Shown here: piece by piece, positions 27,253 through 32,650 of the stretch
Layout: each line of letters begins with the position of its first letter
Position numbering within the stretch: the first letter of the stretch is position 1
Source of the DNA: a bacterium
GTDB lineage: Bacteria > UBA6262 > WVXT01
Assembly (NCBI GenBank): GCA_046759165.1
Contig: JBHIBS010000019.1
Location: 1-32,650, forward strand
DNA length: 32,650 nt
Reading direction: 5' to 3'
The notes under the pieces: model-generated
The model's input: the letters and a program-made list of their open reading frames with translations, nothing else
What the model was told of the DNA's origin: nothing
Databases searched by the model: none
Program-made: the position numbers and the translations under genes

Positions 27253-27320
27253 TACCCACTTACAATCTTATACTTCCTATCAGACAAGAAAAGTCAAAAG
27301 AAGAAAAGCTCCCCTCCAGT

Positions 27321-27684
27321 GACCCTTCGCTTCTCCTCCCATTAGGTCGGGGCTCACGCCCTTCGAATCCTTCCGCAGGTAACCTAGACTGCCGGGGGAG
27401 AATTCGCTTTTTCCCCGTCCCATCTACTCCCACGGCTCAAAAGCCAGCCAACTCGCTTCCGCGCTCCACACTCTTCCTCGGATGACCTCGGCGCTCGTTG
27501 GCTTCGAATCCCTGCAGGTAACCTAGACTGCAGGGGGAGGATTCGCTTTTTCCCCGTCCCATCTACTCCCACGGCTCAAAAGCCGGCCAACTCGCTTCCG
27601 CGCTCCACACTCTTCCTCGGATGACCTCGGCGCTCGTTGGCTTCGAATCCCTGCAGGTAACCTAGACTGCCGGGGGAGGATTCG
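27321..27684 (-). repeat. tRNA-Gln-linked tandem repeats: two 139-bp units plus a divergent distal unit
   Basis: GCAGGTAACCTAGACTGC occurs at 27375, 27514 and 27653 (period 139). The tRNA 3' 18-mer is repeated at 27389-27406 and 27528-27545 with one mismatch each. Confidence 0.93.
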
Positions 27685-27737
27685 AACCTCCACGCCAAGA
27701 TCCAGAGTCTTGTGTCCTACCATTAGACAACCCGGCA
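27667..27737 (-). tRNA. tRNA-Gln (anticodon CTG), CCA not encoded
   Basis: TGCCGGG...CCCGGCA acceptor stem, anticodon arm CAAGA-CTCTGGA-TCTTG, T-arm GGAGGTTCGAATCCTCC. Confidence 0.96.
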
Positions 27738-27741
27738 ATTT

Positions 27742-28068
27742 TTATCCTTTTTGCTGTTCTTTTTTCTCTTGTTTTTCTTCCTTCTTTTCTTTCTTTTCTT
27801 TCTCTCCCTTTTTTACCTCGTCAACATAGTTTAGCTGGAGAGTGGCGAGAGTCTCACTAATTAACTTTTCTTCCTCTTTAACCAGATTTCCTTTAGTCCT
27901 CTCTTTTAACATTTCCATCATATCGATTGTTACTTTTGCCTGCTCTAAATTTCTCTCAATCTTGCCTGTCAAGGGATTAGTAACTTTACCCATCTGCTGC
28001 ATTGCTGCCTGGGAAAGGGAAAGAACAAGGCTCATAAAAAGCATGTTCGATTTTCGTTCTTCAGCCAT
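27742..28068 (-). CDS. DUF1844-like protein
   Basis: F.SLV.SL...A...MG...NP.TG....NL..AK..ID...ML...TKGNL...E...L..LQLNYV. Confidence 0.8.
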   Translation of the reverse strand: MAEERKSNMLFMSLVLSLSQAAMQQMGKVTNPLTGKIERNLEQAKVTIDMMEMLKERTKGNLVKEEEKLISETLATLQLNYVDEVKKGEKEKKEKKEEKQEKKEQQKG

Positions 28069-28087
28069 CCTGCCTCCTTGAGAGAAA

Positions 28088-29632
28088 CTATAGGAAGTTT
28101 TTGATTGTGTAATCTATTCTCTTTAAGACTCTCTCTTTGCCGACAAACGATAAGAGAGCAAATAGACCCGGCCCTCTCGTGCGGCCGGATACTGCCGCCC
28201 TGATAGGATGGAACACTTCACTCGTCCTTTTACCGCTCTGCTCAGCATAGTTCCGAACTTCCCTTTCAATTTTCTCTTCTGAGAAGTCTTCCAACTTAGT
28301 GAGCCTTTCCCTACAATCGCATAATATCTCTTTAACGCCTTTAACCTTCAATACTTTGTCTTTAGCCTCCTCTTCGTAATCTTCATCTTTTAAATCTTCC
28401 TTAAGCATATATTTTATTAAATTGGGAATATCCTTCAGTAATTTTATTTTTTCCTGTTCAAGGGAAACCGCCTTTGTTAATACATTCTCTACCCATTCTC
28501 TAACTTCTTCATCTGTGTCCCCTTGGACCAGATTTTCTTTAATTATAAACGGAAGCGCTTCCGTAGTAAGATTATACGGTTTCATTTTCCTTATATATTC
28601 GCCATTCATCCAGAGAAGTTTCTGAGGGTCGAAAATGGCAGCCGATTTTGCGCACCTTTCTAAAGAAAACTTCTCTTTCAATTCCTCTATGTTGAAAATC
28701 TGCTGACTATCTTCTGTAGCCCAGCCCAGAAGGGCTAAATAATTCCTCACCGCTTCCGGGAGATAGCCTTGGTCCCGGTAGTATTCCAATGCAGTTGCCC
28801 CATGCCTCTTGCTTAAACGGGCTCCGTCCGAGCCGAGAATCATCGGGATATGGGCAAATTTTGGCTTCTGCCAGCCGAGGGCCTGATAGAGGAGAATCTG
28901 CCTGGGAGTATTGGATATGTGGTCATCACCACGAATCACATGGGTTATCTCCATCTCGTGGTCATCAACTACAACTGCAAAATTGTATGTGGGAGAGCCA
29001 CTCGATTTGAGCATAACAAAATCGTCCAGTAATTTACTCTCAAAGCTCACTTTCCCCCTCACTATATCTTCAAATTCTGTAACTCCCTCCTGAGGAGTCT
29101 TGAAGCGCACCACAGGCTTCCTCCCTTCCTCTATATACATCTTCTCATCTTTTGCACTCAGACTGCGACATCTGCCATCATATTTTGGTGGCCTCTTCTC
29201 CTGAAGTGCCTTCTTTCTCATCTCCTCCAGCTCTTCAGGAAGACAATAACACCGATAAGCCTTACCAGATTGAACCAGTTCTTCAGCATACTTCTTATAT
29301 AACTCAAGTCTTTTCATCTGGAAGTATGGTCCATATTTTCCAACTTCTTCAATGACTATCTGGGAAGGTTCACGAATTTCTTCAACTAATCGTCCGCCCG
29401 GCTTGAGAGTAATCTTGGGGCCCTCATTCCAATTCATACCCAACCATTCGAGCCCGTGAATAATCTGCCGCACAGCGTCATCTGTGGAGCGCACCTCATC
29501 AGTATTTTCTATCCGCAGAATAAACCTACCACCCTTCTGCCAGGCAAAAAGCCAGTTAAATAGTGCAGTGCGGGCTCCTCCTAAATGGAGATAACCTGTG
29601 GGCGAAGGTGCAAATCGTACCCGAACAGACAT
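28088..29632 (-). CDS. gltX: Glutamate--tRNA ligase
   Basis: VRVRFAPSPTGYLHLGG, THVIRGDDHISNT, LSKRHG, anticodon-binding domain PIRAAVSG. Start at ATG 29632 after GGAGG. Confidence 0.96.
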   Translation of the reverse strand: MSVRVRFAPSPTGYLHLGGARTALFNWLFAWQKGGRFILRIENTDEVRSTDDAVRQIIHGLEWLGMNWNEGPKITLKPGGRLVEEIREPSQIVIEEVGKYGPYFQMKRLELYKKYAEELVQSGKAYRCYCLPEELEEMRKKALQEKRPPKYDGRCRSLSAKDEKMYIEEGRKPVVRFKTPQEGVTEFEDIVRGKVSFESKLLDDFVMLKSSGSPTYNFAVVVDDHEMEITHVIRGDDHISNTPRQILLYQALGWQKPKFAHIPMILGSDGARLSKRHGATALEYYRDQGYLPEAVRNYLALLGWATEDSQQIFNIEELKEKFSLERCAKSAAIFDPQKLLWMNGEYIRKMKPYNLTTEALPFIIKENLVQGDTDEEVREWVENVLTKAVSLEQEKIKLLKDIPNLIKYMLKEDLKDEDYEEEAKDKVLKVKGVKEILCDCRERLTKLEDFSEEKIEREVRNYAEQSGKRTSEVFHPIRAAVSGRTRGPGLFALLSFVGKERVLKRIDYTIKNFL

Positions 29633-29650
29633 TAAAGCCTCCGACATTAT

Positions 29651-29751
29651 CTGGACTCCTTGCGAAAGCAAGGTTTCCATCTATGAATCCTCCCTTTCGG
29701 GAAGACTCCAGTCTTTACCCTGATTTCATCAAAAATTCCAGACTCTTTCAC
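29651..29751. repeat. Module CTGGACTCCTTGCGAAAGCAAGGT...AGACTCCA plus an inverted left arm of the ~180-nt element
   Basis: 24-mer identical to 32370-32393. AAAATTCCAGACTCTTTCAC is the reverse complement of GTGAAAGAGTCTGGAATTTT. Confidence 0.7.
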
Positions 29752-29753
29752 GC

Positions 29754-30626
29754 TTAATAGATTACTTTGTTCAGGGGATACTCTATTATTCCCTCAGCGC
29801 CAGCGCGCTTCAGTTCCGGAAGAATCCTCTTTGCCATTTCCTCTTTTAGGATTACCTCAAGGGCTACCCAACCCGGAATGGTCAAAGGGGAAACTGTTGG
29901 CTTTTTGAGTCCAGTCACGATCTTCATAAGTTTGGGAATGTCCTTCTCTCTCACGTTCATCTTTAATCCCACCATACCCTCTGCCGCCAGAGCTCCCTGC
30001 AAGAGAATAGAGATATTCTCAATCTTATTCCTCTTCCAGGGATTCTGATAAGACCTCTTATTGGCAATGAAACGCGTTGTCGATTCTATAACCGTATCTA
30101 TACCTCTTAAATAATTTGCCTCCAGAGAAGAGCCCGTCTCGGTCAATTCTACAATAGCGTCAGCTAAAGTGCCCGCCTTCCCCTCGGTGGCTCCCCAGGA
30201 AAATTCCACCTCTGCTTTTACTCTTTTCTTCTTCAAATAATCTTTAACTACATTAACTAACTCAGTGGCTATCTTCTTCCCCTTCAGGTCCTCCACGGAT
30301 TTAACTCGTGAATTGTTGGAAACAGCCAGGACCCACTTTATAGGACGGTAACCAGACTTGGAATATACAAGTTCACACACTTCCCTTACTTTTGCCTTAT
30401 TGTCTTTAATCCAGTCGTAGCCAGTGAGCCCTGCATCAAAAGTACCATCCTCAACATATCTAGCCATCTCCTGGGCCCTTACCAGCATAATTTCCAATTC
30501 CGGGTCGTCGCAAGAGGGAAAATATGACCTCTCTCCTACATAAATGCGTATGCCAGCTTTACGAAACAGTTCCATAGTTGGCACCTGGAGACTCCCTTTC
30601 GGTAAACCCAATTTTAATCTTGGCAT
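29754..30626 (-). CDS. hisG: ATP phosphoribosyltransferase (long form)
   Basis: [48 protein letters not shown]-terminal regulatory domain PTVSPL. Confidence 0.95.
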   Translation of the reverse strand: MPRLKLGLPKGSLQVPTMELFRKAGIRIYVGERSYFPSCDDPELEIMLVRAQEMARYVEDGTFDAGLTGYDWIKDNKAKVREVCELVYSKSGYRPIKWVLAVSNNSRVKSVEDLKGKKIATELVNVVKDYLKKKRVKAEVEFSWGATEGKAGTLADAIVELTETGSSLEANYLRGIDTVIESTTRFIANKRSYQNPWKRNKIENISILLQGALAAEGMVGLKMNVREKDIPKLMKIVTGLKKPTVSPLTIPGWVALEVILKEEMAKRILPELKRAGAEGIIEYPLNKVIY

Positions 30627-30667
30627 TTATCCCTCCCTTAAGAGCGTTAATCCGCCACTCGACGGGA

Positions 30668-30739
30668 GTCATTGCGAGGGAACGAAGCGACCGAAGCAAT
30701 CTCGGGATTGCCACGCTCCTTTCAGTCGCTCGCAACGAC
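30668..30739. repeat. Palindromic intergenic repeat GTCATTGCGAG...GAAGCAATC...GATTGC...CTCGCAACGAC
   Basis: Outer IR GTCATTGCGAG/CTCGCAACGAC with an inner GCAATC/GATTGC stem; a widespread short-repeat type. Confidence 0.8.
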
Positions 30740-30740
30740 A

Positions 30741-31232
30741 TTATAAATTTCTCTTCTCCATTACAATAGCATCTTCTCCGGTATAGGCATAGTAGCCTTC
30801 TGTGACTCTCACTTTCCTGAAACCCCATTTCTCGTACAACCTCTGTCCAACCTTATTGGAAGTTCGAACTTCTAGGGTTGCTATTTTGGCTCCCAAGTTT
30901 TTTGCCTTCTCCAGAAGGATTCCGAGGAACTTACTCCCTATGCCACGATTCCTATACTCTGGATGTACGGCAAGATTGGTTATGTGCGCTTCATCTTTAA
31001 CCGTCCAGAAGCCACCATAAGCAACCATCCCACCCTTTTTCTCTTCCTGAGACTTTTCTCTCATTACGTAAAAGTGGGAAAAAGGTAGTATCAGCTCATG
31101 ATAGAACATTGCCAGTGACCACGGTTCAGGAAAAGATTCACTTTCTATCTTCACCACCTCCTCGAGGTCGCTGTAATCCAATGGGAGTATGGTAAGTTTC
31201 AAATCTTCCGCGTCCTTTGCCTCTCTTCCCAT
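30741..31232 (-). CDS. rimI: Ribosomal protein alanine N-acetyltransferase (true start may be TTG at 31202)
   Basis: IE..SFPEPWS, EAHITNLAVHPEYR.RGIG, LEVR.SN, YY....EDAIVM; follows tsaB. Confidence 0.92.
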   Translation of the reverse strand: MGREAKDAEDLKLTILPLDYSDLEEVVKIESESFPEPWSLAMFYHELILPFSHFYVMREKSQEEKKGGMVAYGGFWTVKDEAHITNLAVHPEYRNRGIGSKFLGILLEKAKNLGAKIATLEVRTSNKVGQRLYEKWGFRKVRVTEGYYAYTGEDAIVMEKRNL

Positions 31233-31900
31233 TTCACTTCAGCCTCCGGTTTCCTTATATATAGCGGAAAGACTTCATCATACTTTTTCCCTTCCCCTGA
31301 AACAAGTTTCTCCAAACCCAGCTGCGCAACTCGGTCTGCCGAAGCATAACGCTTCTCCTTCTCGACAATCTTTGCTTTCTTCTTTAGAGAATCTTTAATT
31401 AGCTCTTCATAGATGTCCACTGCTTCACCGAGAAAGAGTATAGTTTCCCCTTTATCTTTCAATCCTTCCAACCAGCTCTCTATCCCAATTAGTTGATGGG
31501 GAGTTAATCTCTTTCTGCCCTCATATAGTGCGGTGTAGATTTCCCGGCGCAGAGCGTCAATCATGGGACAAACTACTTCTCCAGATGTCCCCATGCCAAA
31601 GGCTAATCCATCGAGGCTCGGAATTCCTACCAGCGGAATGTTTAAACTCTGAGCAAGCCCTCTGGCTGTGGAAACTCCAATGCGAATTCCAGTAAATGAA
31701 CCTGGGCCAATGCTGACTGCAATTCCATCTATATCCTTGATAGCCATACCATTGCTTATCAATATTTCATCAAGGAGTGGAATTACCCTTTCCGAATGGA
31801 AAAGTCCCAGGTGGAGTGAAATCTCATCCCGTATCTTCTCTCCATCTGCCAAGGCTATGCTACAGGTCTTAGTTGATGTCTCTATTCCCAGAATTACCAT
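31199..31900 (-). CDS. tsaB: tRNA threonylcarbamoyladenosine biosynthesis protein TsaB
   Basis: ILGIETST, HSE, GPGSFTGIRIG, IDA.RREIY, PLYIR. Confidence 0.95.
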   Translation of the reverse strand: MVILGIETSTKTCSIALADGEKIRDEISLHLGLFHSERVIPLLDEILISNGMAIKDIDGIAVSIGPGSFTGIRIGVSTARGLAQSLNIPLVGIPSLDGLAFGMGTSGEVVCPMIDALRREIYTALYEGRKRLTPHQLIGIESWLEGLKDKGETILFLGEAVDIYEELIKDSLKKKAKIVEKEKRYASADRVAQLGLEKLVSGEGKKYDEVFPLYIRKPEAEVKWEERQRTRKI

Positions 31901-32348
31901 TTAGCTTGATTTCTCTGCCAACCAGATTGGTTATCCTTATCTCCCGATCGTGCTCAGAAATTATCTTTAATTCTATTTCGATTCTCTCTTCGGGCCAGAG
32001 TGGCCTTATCTTTTCAGCCCATTCAATAGTTGTTACTCCCTGGTTATAGAAATATTCTCTATATCCCAGTTCTTCTACTTCCGATAATTTATCAAGACGA
32101 AAGAGGTCAAAATGGTAGAGTGGAATTCGTCCTTTATACTCATTGATTAACTTGAAGGAGGCACTACTTACAGAGCTTCGAACTCCCAACCCCTGGGCAA
32201 TGCCCTGAGTGATGGTTGTCTTGCCAGAGCCGAGCTCCCCGACAAGGCAGATTATATCTCCAGGCACAAGGCTTTTGCCGATTGCTCTACCAATCTTTCT
32301 TGTCTCTTCCTCACTCCTTGTAACCTTTACCAAACATCTGTTGTTCAT
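31869..32348 (-). CDS. tsaE: tRNA threonylcarbamoyladenosine biosynthesis ATPase TsaE
   Basis: GELGSGKTT, YHFDLFRL, IEWAE. Confidence 0.95.
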   Translation of the reverse strand: MNNRCLVKVTRSEEETRKIGRAIGKSLVPGDIICLVGELGSGKTTITQGIAQGLGVRSSVSSASFKLINEYKGRIPLYHFDLFRLDKLSEVEELGYREYFYNQGVTTIEWAEKIRPLWPEERIEIELKIISEHDREIRITNLVGREIKLNGNSGNRDIN

Positions 32349-32359
32349 TATTCAATAAA

Positions 32360-32473
32360 GTCAAAAACTCTGGACTCCTTGCGAAAGCAAGGTGAAATAC
32401 CTCTCGCCCTTTCGCGTAGACTCCAAACTTTTTGGCATTAAGAAATTCCTCAGCGATAAACAAATTATCTTTT
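32360..32473 (+). repeat. Chimeric copy: right arm of the ~180-nt element enclosing the CCTTGCGAAAGCAAGG module
   Basis: GTCAAAAA...TTTTTGGC stem, then ATTAAGAAATTCCTCAGCGATAAACAAATTATCTTTT matching the right arm of copy 1. Confidence 0.75.
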
Positions 32474-32499
32474 AACGTCTCAGAAGCTATATCCCAAAT

Positions 32500-32650
32500 C
32501 TATTCACCAAGATGTCGGATGATACCGTATTTCCTTAGAATCGCAAGATCTGCCTTTCTGGCTGTTTGGTCTTCTTTTATTCTGTAATCAACGTCCATGA
32601 TTTCTATAAACTCTGCCGTATAGTCCTTTAACACGCCTGGATATTCAAAT
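32500..32650 (-). CDS. 3' end of a hypothetical protein (runs off the window)
   Basis: Open frame FEYPGVLKDYTAEFIEIMDVDYRIKEDQTARKADLAILRKYGIIRHLGE* ending in TAG at 32500-32502. Confidence 0.65.
   Translation of the reverse strand, partial: FEYPGVLKDYTAEFIEIMDVDYRIKEDQTARKADLAILRKYGIIRHLGE

Noticed and set aside
24032-27320. Intact integrative element or prophage
   Set aside because: No integrase, transposase or phage gene, and no distal direct repeat of tRNA-Gln bounding the region.
27375-27684. CRISPR array
   Set aside because: The sequence between the repeated motifs is itself near-identical (no unique spacers), the period is 139 bp and there are no cas genes.
27384-27738. ORFs 27384-27572, 27523-27738 and 27210-27485
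   Set aside because: They are translations of the tRNA and its tandem repeats.
29633-29680. N-terminal extension of GltX (METLLSQGVQI...)
   Set aside because: It is largely encoded by the repeat module also found at 32370; a GGAGG RBS supports the start at 29632.
30544-30828. Small ORFs between rimI and hisG
   Set aside because: They are translations of the palindromic repeat at 30668-30739.

Overview
Bacterial chromosomal segment in which every credible gene lies on the minus strand. In transcription order (right to left): a partial hypothetical CDS, tsaE-tsaB-rimI, hisG, gltX, a DUF1844-like gene and tRNA-Gln(CTG) followed by 139-bp tRNA-linked tandem repeats. Next comes an AT-rich accessory stretch (prepilin, orphan histidine kinase, a decayed tRNA-like 3' half, a frameshifted nucleotidyltransferase plus partner), then DUF2784, an SDR, an M48 protease, a truncated nucleotidyltransferase and lemA. 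A DNA-repair-rich block follows (Cas4/RecB-like nuclease, EndoQ, macro domain, AdnAB/AddAB-like helicase-nuclease pair, rmuC) with tal and an Fe-ADH, then tRNA-Glu(CTC) and an ECF sigma/anti-sigma/Spy-like/TolC/MacA/MacB operon. The most striking content is non-coding. (1) A ~180-nt intergenic element occurs in 3 full and 4 partial or chimeric copies; its nested stems differ in sequence but keep pairing while the loop motifs are conserved, making it a candidate structured RNA or ssDNA mobile element. (2) Elements sit directly 3' of both tRNA genes, start with an antisense copy of the host tRNA's own T-arm, share a 23-nt core and, at tRNA-Gln, regenerate the tRNA 3' end in tandem. Family names are from recognition of protein motifs only; no database search was run.
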